Assembly: GCA_963841735.1 (NCBI GenBank)
Contig: CAWJDT010000001.1
Location: 1,056,001-1,120,000 of the forward strand
Direction: 5' to 3'
Source: an uncultured Actinomycetes bacterium
GTDB taxonomy: Bacteria; Actinomycetota; Thermoleophilia; RBG-16-64-13
DNA length: 64,000 nt
The stretch's first letter is position 1, and every line of letters begins with the position of its first letter. Made by a program: the position numbers and the translations under genes. Shown here piece after piece: positions 1 through 9,636 of the stretch. The notes beneath the pieces are model-generated. The model searched no databases. It saw only the letters and a list, made by a program, of their open reading frames with translations, and was not told where the DNA came from.

Positions 1-630
1 GTCAGCACCGAGCGGCGGCTGATCCTGGAGGGACTTGGCTCACAGGTGATCCTCACACCGGCCAAGGACAATATCGACGGGGCCATCCGGCAGGCCCATG
101 CGCTCATGGAGGCCTCCCCGGGCAAGTACTACCTGCCCAACCAGTACGACAACGAAGCCAACGTGCTGGCTCACTTCGAGACCACCGGTCCGGAGATCTA
201 CCGGCAGACCGATGGGCAGGTGGACTACTTCGTGGCCGGCATGGGCACCAGCGGCACGTTGATGGGGGTGGGCAAGTACCTGAAGTCGGTGAAGCCCTCG
301 GTCAAGATCGTGGGTGCAGAGCCGGTGACGGGTCACACCATACAGGGTCTCAAGAACATGACCGAGTCCATGATGCCCGGCATCTATCACCCGGGGCAAC
401 TGGATCAGAAAGAGATGGTCGAAGACGGCGAGGCCTTCGAGACCACCAGGCTGCTGGCTACCAGGGAAGGTCTCTTCGTGGGCACGTCGGCCGGGGCGGC
501 GGTAGCGGTGGCGCTGCGTCTCGCCAGGACGATCGGCCGCGGGACCTTCGTAGTCATTCTCCCCGACAGGGGCGACCGCTACTTGAGCACCATGCAGTTC
601 CGTTCGGTCTGCGCAAAGTGTCCGCCGTGA
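1..630 (+). CDS. Cysteine synthase family PLP enzyme (CysK/CysM), 5'-truncated by the window edge
   Basis: Motifs NQYDNEAN..AH..TTGPEI, GMGTSGT, HTIQGL, EGLFVGTSAGA and ILPDRGDRYLS. Confidence 0.9.
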   Translation, partial: VSTERRLILEGLGSQVILTPAKDNIDGAIRQAHALMEASPGKYYLPNQYDNEANVLAHFETTGPEIYRQTDGQVDYFVAGMGTSGTLMGVGKYLKSVKPSVKIVGAEPVTGHTIQGLKNMTESMMPGIYHPGQLDQKEMVEDGEAFETTRLLATREGLFVGTSAGAAVAVALRLARTIGRGTFVVILPDRGDRYLSTMQFRSVCAKCPP

Positions 631-685
631 GCGTGGACTGCCTGCGCACCTGCTGGCGCACTTGGCGACCGGGTTGGTTCTGCCG

Positions 686-1120
686 CTAGAAGGCCCCTAT
701 CTGGCAGTTGCGGACCTTCAGCTCCAGAAACTCGCAGGCATCAGCAACGGCCATCTTCGCCATCCCAAGAGATCGAGCGATCTCCCAGCATGAGAGGCAG
801 TCGATTCTTCCCTCCACGGCTGCGGATGCCAGGAGGGCTCGTAGGCTTTCGGGCACCTCAGCAGCGGGCTTGACCAACCTCTTCTCCGGGGAATAGCCGA
901 ACAGCCCCATCTGGCAATGGTAGATGCGGAGTTCGAGCAGGTCGGCCGTTGTGCCGACCTCGGCAGGTGTGACGGCGGCCTCCCCGGCGACCTCGTGCGC
1001 AACCGCACAGGGTATCTTGCCATCTTCGGCTCGCGTCTTGAGGGCCGCGGCGACGGCCTGATCGTAGGCGGCGCCGGCGGGGTGCTTGGCCCGGTACTTT
1101 CCTGCGTCTTCATGGGTCAT
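686..1120 (-). CDS. Hypothetical protein, 144 aa, with two tandem Cys-containing modules
   Basis: Own ATG (MTHEDAGKY) after a GAGGAG RBS; internal repeat GxIxC...LELxxxxCQxGxF. Confidence 0.75.
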   Translation of the reverse strand: MTHEDAGKYRAKHPAGAAYDQAVAAALKTRAEDGKIPCAVAHEVAGEAAVTPAEVGTTADLLELRIYHCQMGLFGYSPEKRLVKPAAEVPESLRALLASAAVEGRIDCLSCWEIARSLGMAKMAVADACEFLELKVRNCQIGAF

Positions 1121-1146
1121 GATTCGCTCCTCAGGTGAAAGGCCGG

Positions 1147-2038
1147 CTAGGAGACCAGGCGGTGCACGGCTTCCCAGTACTTCTCGCTGGTCTTGGCGAC
1201 AACCTCCGGGGGCAGGATGCGGGGCCGGAGGCTCCTTGTTCCACTTGATGGCCTCGAGATAGTCGCGCACATACTGCTTGTCAAAGCTCGCCTGCGGGCC
1301 GCCCGGCTCGTACGATTCGGCAGGCCAGAAGCGTGAGGAGTCGGGGGTGAGGATCTCGTCGATGAGTATCAGCTCGCCGTTCTCCAAGAGGCCGAACTCG
1401 AACTTAGTGTCGGCGATGATGATGCCCCGCTCCAGGGCGTAATCGGCGCAGAAGCGGTAGATCTCCAGACTCAGGTCGCGCACCTTCGTGGCGGTCTCCG
1501 CACCGACTAAAGAGGAGGCCTCTTCGAACGAGATGTTCTCGTCGTGACCGGACTGAGCCTTCGTCGACGGAGTGAAGATGGTTTCAGGCAGCTTGTCCGA
1601 TTCAGTCAGGCCGCCGGGCAGGGGGAGGGCGCAGATGGTGCCCTGCTTTTGGTACTCCTTCCAGCCTGAGCCGGACAGGTAGCCGCGGACGATGGCCTCG
1701 ATCACCAAGGGCTGGGTGCTGCGTACCAGTACGGTGCGCCCATCGAGTTCAGGGCAATACCAGTCGAGTTCCGGGTACCACTTGGGACCAGGATTGGCAT
1801 CGACGATGTGGTTGGCGACGATGTGCTCCGTCTTTTTGAACCAGAAGTTGGATATCTGGGTGAGGATCTTGCCCTTGTCGGTGATGGGCGTCGGCAAGAC
1901 GTGGTCAAAGGCCGAAATGCGGTCGCAGGCGACGATGATGAGGTGTTCGTCACTGGGCTGGTACACGTCGCGCACTTTGCCTCTCCGCAAGAGGGCCAGG
2001 CCCCGCTGCTGAGATTCGAACATGGCGGAATGCGTCAC
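1147..2038 (-). CDS. purC: SAICAR synthetase, with a +1 frameshift near 1220
   Basis: [38 protein letters not shown] and [11 protein letters not shown]; the canonical tail [16 protein letters not shown] continues in another frame to TAG at 1147-1149. Confidence 0.93.
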
Positions 2039-2195
2039 GGCTGCTTCCTCTCTCTCGGCTGCGCTCTTCTGCGGCCCCGGTGGGTCCGTCGACAGGGATA
2101 GTATCACCCGTTCGCTGGAACGCTCGGCGAGCGCATGTCGACGTAGCTTCGTCTAACATAAGGCAAAGGTGCAATCCGACGTAAGGAGGCAGGCG

Positions 2196-2501
2196 GTGGG
2201 TTACTTCAGGATGCTGGCGGCGATTCCAGGCTTCTTCTTGAGCTCGCTTTTCTTCATGCTGTTGTGGGGACCGATTTCGAGCAGGCTTGAACTCCCTGAT
2301 ATCGGCTACGTGACCTCTATGTTGATCATGGTCACGCTATGGATCGCGGTGGCCCCGCTGACCGCTGTCGGTCGGGGCAAGAAAGGGCTAGGCTATCTCG
2401 CCATCCACCTGCGAAGACCGAACCCCTGCCACTGGGAGGACATGGCGCACCTCGCGGATGAATATCGTGCAGACCAAGGCCACCGCCGCCAACCCGGCTG
2501 A
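2196..2501 (+). CDS. Small membrane protein (2 TM)
   Basis: AAGGAGG RBS before GTG at 2196; two hydrophobic segments; the 3' end overlaps the convergent MFS gene. Confidence 0.6.
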   Translation: MGYFRMLAAIPGFFLSSLFFMLLWGPISSRLELPDIGYVTSMLIMVTLWIAVAPLTAVGRGKKGLGYLAIHLRRPNPCHWEDMAHLADEYRADQGHRRQPG

Positions 2502-3704
2502 GATGATGAAGCCGAGGTCGTAGTTGCCTGTCTTGTCGAAGATGACGCCGCCTAGGTAGATCCACAATCCCCCTCCCAGCATGTGGAGGGTGTTGATGAA
2601 CGCCGAGATGAAGCCGATGTGAGTCGAGCCGTACAGGTCGCCGACAAGCGTGGGAGTGAGCGGTGCCGTAACGAGCAGGGTGAGGCCGAAGCCCAGTGAG
2701 AATATCCAGAAGGGCGCCGCTCCTTTGACCAGCACCAGCATCACGAACAGGATGATCCTGAGGGCGAACGTGATGACGATGGGTGTCTTGTTACCGATGG
2801 CGTCGGAAGCGGGGCCGGCCAGAAGGATCCCCACCAGGCTTAGGAGGCCCAACCAGGCCAGCATGTTGGCGGCGACGGCGTCGGAAAGGCCGTAGTCGGT
2901 GACCATAGGTACGAGATGCGCGGCTACTAGGAAGTCGGCGCCCCCGCACGCGAACATGGCTGCCGCAAACAGCCAAAGAGAGCGGCTGCGCATGGCCTCC
3001 GCCAGAGTGAGGTCCCGCCGAGCGCCCGCCTTCGGGGGCGCCCCCGTCAGTGCAGGCGTGTCCCGCACCGGCCGTTGCCGGTCGTGTCTTCCATAGGGTT
3101 GCAGCCCCATTCTCTCGGGGGTGCCCCGGATGACTCCGAACGTGAGGACGAGGTTGACCACCAGAGAGAGGCCGGCTATCCAAAGGCACGCGCGTTGCCA
3201 GCTGGAGACGACGATCATGTCTGAGAAGACAGGCACGAGGAAGAACTGGCCGAAGCAGGTACCCGCGAACGCGAGGCTCACCGCCAAGCCCCTGCGCTTC
3301 TCGAACCAGCTGCCCATGAGCGAGCCGAAGAGGGCGACGGTGGTCCCGGCGAGTCCGACCGCATTCAGTACTCCGTAGTACAGAAGGAACCCACCCAGCG
3401 AGCCCATCTGGGCCATGAGCGCGTACCCGGCCGACCAGAACAAAGTCGACGCAGCGATGATCCACTTGGGGCCGTAGCGGTCGTACAGGCGGCCGGTGAT
3501 TATGGTGGCCAACGCATACACGGCCATGTTGAGGAATAGGGCGGAAGATATCGCGCCGCGGCTCCAGCCGAACTCGGCCGCGATGGGCTTCATCATCACG
3601 CCGATAGTGAAGCGTCCGCCTGAGTTCAAAAAGAGGATGACGAACGAAGCTACGAGGACGTACCACCCGTAGAACAGGCGGGGTTTGCGGCTTGGTTCGC
3701 TCAT
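2388..3704 (-). CDS. MFS transporter (OFA/MCT-like)
   Basis: LFYGWYV N-terminus, GRLYDRYGPK motif A, WFEKRRGLA, about 12 TM. Confidence 0.9.
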   Translation of the reverse strand: MSEPSRKPRLFYGWYVLVASFVILFLNSGGRFTIGVMMKPIAAEFGWSRGAISSALFLNMAVYALATIITGRLYDRYGPKWIIAASTLFWSAGYALMAQMGSLGGFLLYYGVLNAVGLAGTTVALFGSLMGSWFEKRRGLAVSLAFAGTCFGQFFLVPVFSDMIVVSSWQRACLWIAGLSLVVNLVLTFGVIRGTPERMGLQPYGRHDRQRPVRDTPALTGAPPKAGARRDLTLAEAMRSRSLWLFAAAMFACGGADFLVAAHLVPMVTDYGLSDAVAANMLAWLGLLSLVGILLAGPASDAIGNKTPIVITFALRIILFVMLVLVKGAAPFWIFSLGFGLTLLVTAPLTPTLVGDLYGSTHIGFISAFINTLHMLGGGLWIYLGGVIFDKTGNYDLGFIISAGLAAVALVCTIFIREVRHVLPVAGVRSSQVDGEIA

Positions 3705-3823
3705 GAGGGCATCCACTGGATTCTAGCGCACCGACGCGGGGCCGGACCGTCGCCGGCGGATCGTCTCTGTTGAACCGTCGTCGTACGGTCAAGAGGCCCG
3801 CGTTGCCTGCCGATGCTACTTCT

Positions 3824-4417
3824 GTGATGAACGGGCAGACGCTCACCGGTACCACCCTCACCTGGAAGCTCACCTTCCAGTGGGTCGTGGGCATCTTGGT
3901 CACTGGTCTGCTGGCTGCTCTAACCTACACGCGCGCCGGCTGGACCCCTTGGCTGTCGAATGTCGATCTTGGCATCCATGAGTTGGGTCATATGCTCACC
4001 CAATGGGCCCCTGAGCTGCTGTGTCAGCTGGCCGGGTCGATCCTGCAGGTGGCTGCCCCACTCGGCCTTGGAGCGTATTTCTGGTGGCGGCACGACCGTC
4101 TTGCCGTCGTTGTGATGGCCGCCTGGGCCGCCGAGTCGCTGAACAACGTCTCGGTATACATCTACGACGCCACCCGCATGGCGCTTCCTCTGCTGGGCGA
4201 TGTCGACGGTTCCGGCGCGGGTCATGACTGGCGCAACATCCTGAGCCGGCTGGGCGCCATGGAGCATACGGATTCCATCGCCTACACCGTGCGCGGTCTC
4301 TCCGGTCTGCTCTTCGCGGTTGCGTTCGGCTTGACCGTCTGGTGGTGGGCCAAGGCCCGGCGCGAGTCTCTCAGAGAGCGAAATCCGAGGCCCGCTTTTC
4401 CACCGTTCGGTTTTTGA
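3824..4417 (+). CDS. Membrane protein with HExxH motif (M50-like metalloprotease)
   Basis: IHELGH and GHDWRNIL within hydrophobic segments. Confidence 0.65.
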   Translation: MMNGQTLTGTTLTWKLTFQWVVGILVTGLLAALTYTRAGWTPWLSNVDLGIHELGHMLTQWAPELLCQLAGSILQVAAPLGLGAYFWWRHDRLAVVVMAAWAAESLNNVSVYIYDATRMALPLLGDVDGSGAGHDWRNILSRLGAMEHTDSIAYTVRGLSGLLFAVAFGLTVWWWAKARRESLRERNPRPAFPPFGF

Positions 4418-5630
4418 GTGTGACGTAGTCGGGCAATCCGTCCGCATAGGGGGGATATTCCTCGCCCTGGATGAGGGGTAGCAGGTATTCCCTGCAATCC
4501 TCGGTGATCCCGAATCCGTCTTCGGAGATGTAGGCTCGGGGCATCTTCTTCTCGACATTGGCCACTTCGGAGAGCGCCGCCTCGCCCACTTCCCAAGCGT
4601 ATGGACGCGAAGACCTGCGCACGATGGTGGGCATCACCGAGTTCTTGCCTGCCAGAGCGAGCTCCACAGCGGCTTTGCCCACGGCGTAGGCCTGTTCGAC
4701 ATCCGTCTTCGAGGCGATGTGCCGGGCGGCGCGCTGTAGGTAGTCGGCGACCGCCCAGTGGTACTTGAGGCCTAGGCCGTCGCGCACGATTCCAGCCACC
4801 ACTGGAGCCACGCCTCCGAGCTGCGCGTGCCCGAAGGCGTCTTTGAGTCCCTGATCGGCCAGGAACTTGCCGTCCGGGCCCTTCACGCCTTCCGAGACTA
4901 CCACGGTGCAATAGCCCGTCTTCTTCACCAGGGAGTCGACCTTGGCCAGGAAACGCTCCTGGTCGAAGGTGTTCTCAGGGAAGAGGATCACGATGGGGAT
5001 CTCGGTCTTCTCGTCGGAGGCCAGGCCGCCTGCCGCCGCGATCCAGCCCGCGTGCCGGCCCATGACCTCGAGCACGAAGACCTTGGTGGAAGTGGCGGCC
5101 ATAGAGCGGACGTCGAAGCTGGCCTCCCGGGTGGAGACTGCGATGTACTTTGCCACCGAGCCGAAGCCCGGGCAGGTGTCGGTGATAGGTAGGTCGTTGT
5201 CCACGGTCTTGGGCACATGGATGGCCTGGAGGGACACTCCACTGGTCTCGGCGAGATGCGACACCTTAAGGCAGGTGTCGGCCGAATCTCCGCCGCCGTT
5301 GTAGAAGAAGTAGCCGATGTCATGGGCCTTGAAGACCTCGATCAGCCGCTCGTATTCGCGGCGGCTCTCCTCGAGGCTTTTCAGCTTGTAGCGGCAAGAG
5401 CCGAAGGCGCCGGAGGGCGTGTGACGAAGCGCGGCGATAGCCGCGTCGGATTCTTGCGAAGTGTCGATGAGGTCCTCGGTCAACGCGCCGATGATGCCGT
5501 TCCGGCCGGCGAAGACCTTGCCGATGGCGTCGGCATTCTTGCGGGCGGTCTCGATGACCCCGCACGCAGATGCGTTTATGACGGCGCTGACCCCGCCCGA
5601 TTGCGCATAGAACGCGTTCTTCTTGCCCAT
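4371..5630 (-). CDS. pfkA: 6-phosphofructokinase
   Basis: YAQSGGVSAVIN, NGGGDS, PKTVDND, EVMGRHAGW and DAFGHAQLGG. Confidence 0.93.
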   Translation of the reverse strand: MGKKNAFYAQSGGVSAVINASACGVIETARKNADAIGKVFAGRNGIIGALTEDLIDTSQESDAAIAALRHTPSGAFGSCRYKLKSLEESRREYERLIEVFKAHDIGYFFYNGGGDSADTCLKVSHLAETSGVSLQAIHVPKTVDNDLPITDTCPGFGSVAKYIAVSTREASFDVRSMAATSTKVFVLEVMGRHAGWIAAAGGLASDEKTEIPIVILFPENTFDQERFLAKVDSLVKKTGYCTVVVSEGVKGPDGKFLADQGLKDAFGHAQLGGVAPVVAGIVRDGLGLKYHWAVADYLQRAARHIASKTDVEQAYAVGKAAVELALAGKNSVMPTIVRRSSRPYAWEVGEAALSEVANVEKKMPRAYISEDGFGITEDCREYLLPLIQGEEYPPYADGLPDYVTLKNRTVEKRASDFAL

Positions 5631-5715
5631 GGCCGTGTTCAACTCCTTGTTAGCCGTCGTTCACGTCCAATGATAACAACGCTGCGTGAGCTGAGGACCG
5701 ACTGTGAACGCGCGG

Positions 5716-6261
5716 CTACTGCTTGACCGCCACCTCTAGGAGTTCAACAGGTTTCTCCGACAGCATACTCACGATTTCTTGGTCGCCCAGTTCGAAGTTG
5801 TAGTAGCTCACGGCTTCGGCCAGGGCGTTGTCCTTGTCGGCCACGTGTTTTCCTCTGTAGTTCCCCAGATAGATGTTGCACTCCCCAAACTCAGACATGT
5901 GCGAGTCGCGGAGGGCTAGATACTCGGCGTTGAGCTCGGTCATTTTTGTCACATACGACCCGTAGAGCTCCTCCAACTGCGGCTTCAGAACGGCGGCAGC
6001 GGGCTTGTCTTTGGCCAAGTCGACCACCTTCGCCACCAATTCGTCGAAGGTGCCCAGCATCTTCTCTGCCACTTGTACGCCTTCGCTGTTCCCGGAGGGT
6101 TCCGAAGTTCCCGCGGAGACGGAGGATACGGATGTGGTCGCCGAAGCGACGGCTGCGGAGTCGGTGCCCCCGCATCCACCGGCAATCGCCATGACCAAGG
6201 CCGCCATCAGAAGCGTCATTATGAGCAGCGTGCCTCGTCTTTCGCGGCCGCCTCTGTACAT
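5716..6261 (-). CDS. Putative lipoprotein
   Basis: Signal peptide with lipobox-like IAGGC followed by a Ser/Thr-rich linker. Confidence 0.7.
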   Translation of the reverse strand: MYRGGRERRGTLLIMTLLMAALVMAIAGGCGGTDSAAVASATTSVSSVSAGTSEPSGNSEGVQVAEKMLGTFDELVAKVVDLAKDKPAAAVLKPQLEELYGSYVTKMTELNAEYLALRDSHMSEFGECNIYLGNYRGKHVADKDNALAEAVSYYNFELGDQEIVSMLSEKPVELLEVAVKQ

Positions 6262-6467
6262 CTGCTTTCCTCCCCGATTGGTGTGGGCTTGTGTGGCCAA
6301 GGCTCAGCCTGGCGCAAGCCACTATACAGGCTGCCTCCAGCGGCATGAAAGCTTCCGGCGTGTCGTCTTGGTGAGTCGGTCGGAACCGCGCTAGATAGTC
6401 AGCTGGCAGTGGGTGGGATACCGCCTGGTCGAGGAGTAGCCCCTTAGGGGTAGAATTGTCCTCATCC

Positions 6468-7853
6468 ATGGGACCATCGAAACAGAGAACGGTGCTGATC
6501 GTCGTGGCGACGGCCGAGTTCCTGACCACCTTCATGGTCTCGTCGATCAACATCGCCTTGCGCGCCATCGACGACGAATGGCACGTCTCGGCCGTCACTC
6601 TGAGCTGGATATCGATGGCCTATATCCTGACGGTGGCCGCGTTCATCATGCCGGCCGGCCGGCTGGCGGACCTCACCGGGCGCAGGCGGTTCTTCGGCCT
6701 CGGGATGGTCGGCTTCACCGTGCTTACCTTCGTGTCCGCCTTCGCGCCCTCCTCCTCGGTGCTTATCGCTCTTCGCCTGCTCACCGGGGCCGCCACGGCG
6801 ATGCTGTACGCCTGTACCGCGGCCCTGATAACGGTGGCCTATCCGCCGGAGAAGCGGGGTAGGGGCCTGGGAGTGCAGGTCGCTGGAGTCTACCTGGGGT
6901 TCACGCTAGGCCCGCTCCTTGGAGGCATCATCATCGACAGCCTGGGGTGGCGCTGGGTGTTCATTTTTGTCGGCGCTCTGGGAGCCATCAACTCCCTGCT
7001 CTCCTGGTGGGGCCTGCGCGGGGTCGAATGGCGCGAGCCGAAGCGCGCGCGTTTCGATGTCACCGGCTCGTTTGCGTGGGCGTTGGCGCTGATAGCGCTT
7101 CTCATCGGCCTCTCGCTTTTGCCTGAGACCCTGGGCTGGGTGCTTGTGGCCGCCGGGGCTTGCGGCATTGCCGGTTTTCTGCGGTGGGAGACGCGTGCCC
7201 AGGACCCCATCCTGAACCTCGGCCTCTTCCGTGAAAGTCGCGTGTTCGCCTACTCGAACGCTGCCACCTTCATCGGCTATGCGGGCACCACCGCGATGAC
7301 TTTCCTGCTCAGCCTATACCTCCAGTACAACATGGGGCTGACGGCGCGGCAGGCGGGAGTCATGTTTGTCGCTGGGAGCATCGTGCAGACCGTCTTCTCC
7401 CCCATCGCCGGCCGTCTGGCCGACCGTGCTCAGGCGCGCTTTGTCGCCGCGGCCGGTCTCGTGTTCTGTGTGCTGGGTCTAGGCGGGCTCGCGTTTCTAG
7501 GCAGTGCCACGGCCTATTGGTATGTAGTCCTGATGATGTGCGTCCAAGGCCTGGGTTTCGCTTTCTTCTCCAGTCCCATCATGCACGCGATCATGGGAAG
7601 CGTTGACCGGCGCTACGCCGGAGCCGCATCGGCGACGGTCGCGACCATGCGGATGACAGGGCAGAACATCAGCATGGGGCTGGCCACGGTTCTCCTTTCC
7701 GTCTTTGTCGGCCGCCACGCTATCGACAGGGTGGCCGACCTGCCGAACCTGCTCACCAGCATCCGGGTCACTTTTGTCATCTTGGCGGTGCTATGTGTCT
7801 TCGGCGCTGGCGCCGCGCTTGTCGGCCCTCGCAGGGAGCAAGGTGGGGCGTGA
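6468..7853 (+). CDS. MFS transporter (DHA2/EmrB-like, 14 TM)
   Basis: GRLADLTGRRRFF, YPPEKRGRGLG and GPLLGG motifs; TAGAAT -10-like box at 6450. Confidence 0.9.
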   Translation: MGPSKQRTVLIVVATAEFLTTFMVSSINIALRAIDDEWHVSAVTLSWISMAYILTVAAFIMPAGRLADLTGRRRFFGLGMVGFTVLTFVSAFAPSSSVLIALRLLTGAATAMLYACTAALITVAYPPEKRGRGLGVQVAGVYLGFTLGPLLGGIIIDSLGWRWVFIFVGALGAINSLLSWWGLRGVEWREPKRARFDVTGSFAWALALIALLIGLSLLPETLGWVLVAAGACGIAGFLRWETRAQDPILNLGLFRESRVFAYSNAATFIGYAGTTAMTFLLSLYLQYNMGLTARQAGVMFVAGSIVQTVFSPIAGRLADRAQARFVAAAGLVFCVLGLGGLAFLGSATAYWYVVLMMCVQGLGFAFFSSPIMHAIMGSVDRRYAGAASATVATMRMTGQNISMGLATVLLSVFVGRHAIDRVADLPNLLTSIRVTFVILAVLCVFGAGAALVGPRREQGGA

Positions 7854-7893
7854 GGCAGTCTGAGACGCGCTGACGCTGCTCACCACCGAGCTG

Positions 7894-7922
7894 TTGACTT
7901 TCGCATCGGTGCGCGGTATGTA
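7894..7922 (+). promoter_or_regulatory. Putative sigma70 promoter
   Basis: TTGACT-N17-TATGTA upstream of the substrate-binding protein gene. Confidence 0.45.
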
Positions 7923-8060
7923 GATTAAGGGCTTCGCGTAGAAGTCTGATGTGTCGTGGGAGGAGTCATGGTAGTCGGCCGTTGGCACCGCTTTTCGGCC
8001 GGTCCCATGACGGGGGAGCTTTGGTACCTAGGGTATTAGCCAACGACGAAGGGGCCAGAA

Positions 8061-9437
8061 ATGCCAGAAGAGAAAGCTGTAAGCCGCAGGGAATTCCTCA
8101 AGATCGCCGGGGTAGCCGGTGCGACCATCGGCGTTGCCGGCGGTCTGGGCGGGCTCGTAGCCGCATGCGGTGGAACCGAGAAGTCCACCACCACTGTTTC
8201 GGCCTCCGTGGAGACCGGCCGGGAGATCAAGGTTGGCTGCGTGATCCCCAAGACCGGTGCGTTGGCTCCGTTTGCCGGTCCGTTCGATTACGTGAAGGGG
8301 AGATGGGAAGAGGCTGTTGCCGGGGGCGTTGTGTGCGGCGACGGCAAGAATCACCCCATCAAGATCTTGGTCGAAGACACCCAGTCGGAGACCGGCAGAT
8401 GCGCCCAGGTGACCGGGGACCTGATCATGAACAACCAGGTGGACGTCGTATTCGCCGGCGGAGCTCCGGACACCATGAATCCGGCGGGCGACCAGTGCGA
8501 GGCGCTGGGATGCCCCGGCTTGATGATCCAGGGGCCGTGGCAGGCATTCTACTTCGGCAGAGGCGGTACTCCCGACAACAACCCCTTTAAGTGGAGCTAT
8601 GCCCTCTGCGTAGGCATCGAGGCCATGGCGGCCTGTTTCGTGGACATGTGGGATCAGATCTCGACCAACAAAGTAGCGGGGCTGCTCTACAGCAACGGCC
8701 CTGACGGTCAGTCATGGGCCGACGAGGAGAACGGGGGCCCGTTCACCTTCAAGCAGGCGGGATACGCCTACGAAATGCCCTCGCTGTATCAGGCGGGCTC
8801 GGACGACTATACCGCGCAGATCACCGCGTTTAAGAAAGCTGGGGCAGAGATCTGCTCGGGCGCTGCCAGCTCGCCCGATTTCACCAACTTCTGGAGCCAG
8901 GCGCTTCAGCAGAACTTCAGGCCGAAGATATGCACCATGGGCCAGGCTTTGAACTTCATCGAGACGGTGGAGGCCATCGGTCCTACCGCCATAGGGCTTA
9001 CCACCGAGATCAGCTGGCACCCGGACTACCCTTACAAGAGCGCGCTGAGCGGCGAGACCTGCAGAGAACTCGCCGACGACTACCAGACCAAGACCGGCAC
9101 GTACTGGTCGGCAGAGTTGATCGTGTATGCGCTCATGGAGTGGTACATCGATGCACTGAAGCGCGCCACCAATGTAGACGACAAGCAAGTCGTGATGGAC
9201 GCGATTTCTACTGCGAAGGTGGAGACGATCTACGGGCCGGTGGACTTCACCATGCCGGTGGACCCGGCCGCGCAGCTAGAGGTCATACGTCCGGTGCCGA
9301 ACTGCCTGCGCATGCCCACAGGCGCGGCGCAGTGGGTCAAGGGCGATAAGTGGTCGTACGAGAAGCTGCTCGTTTCGAACAAGTTCGTTCCCGGCGCCAA
9401 GATCACCAAGAAGGTCGAGGAGATCAAATACTCGTAG
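8061..9437 (+). CDS. Tat-exported ABC substrate-binding lipoprotein (branched-chain amino acid/aromatic PBP1 family)
   Basis: SRREFLK Tat motif, VAAC lipobox, IKVGCVIPKTGALA and DYTAQITAFK. Confidence 0.88.
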   Translation: MPEEKAVSRREFLKIAGVAGATIGVAGGLGGLVAACGGTEKSTTTVSASVETGREIKVGCVIPKTGALAPFAGPFDYVKGRWEEAVAGGVVCGDGKNHPIKILVEDTQSETGRCAQVTGDLIMNNQVDVVFAGGAPDTMNPAGDQCEALGCPGLMIQGPWQAFYFGRGGTPDNNPFKWSYALCVGIEAMAACFVDMWDQISTNKVAGLLYSNGPDGQSWADEENGGPFTFKQAGYAYEMPSLYQAGSDDYTAQITAFKKAGAEICSGAASSPDFTNFWSQALQQNFRPKICTMGQALNFIETVEAIGPTAIGLTTEISWHPDYPYKSALSGETCRELADDYQTKTGTYWSAELIVYALMEWYIDALKRATNVDDKQVVMDAISTAKVETIYGPVDFTMPVDPAAQLEVIRPVPNCLRMPTGAAQWVKGDKWSYEKLLVSNKFVPGAKITKKVEEIKYS

Positions 9438-9486
9438 CTGCTTCTGCTTGAACGCCTGCCGGCAGTAGCAGGCGCAAAGAAACAAG

Positions 9487-9528
9487 GGCCGCGTGGAGAT
9501 GCCTAGCGGTGGGCACCTCCCGCGGTCC
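9487..9528 (+). terminator. Hairpin, probable terminator
   Basis: Imperfect inverted repeat GGGCCGCG.GGAG.TGCC / GGCACCTCC.CGCGGTCC downstream of the SBP gene. Confidence 0.45.
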
Positions 9529-9636
9529 TTCAGCTTTGATTCGGGAGTTTCATCCTTGCAGTGTGTCGGGATACCGGCTTAAGATGGCTCTCGACATGCG
9601 TATTTGCCCTAACAGCGAGTCGGATCCGGGCGCCCC

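Noticed and set aside
686-2107. 473-aa ORF as a novel PurC fusion protein
   Set aside because: The canonical PurC tail exists in another frame, and the downstream gene has its own RBS and ATG. A single-base indel explains the ORF.
2040-2190. ZTP or purine riboswitch upstream of purC
   Set aside because: No consensus elements are recognisable; only a -10-like TACTAT is present.
7982-7997. Sigma54 promoter (TTGGCAC)
   Set aside because: The -12 TTGC element is missing (TTTC instead).
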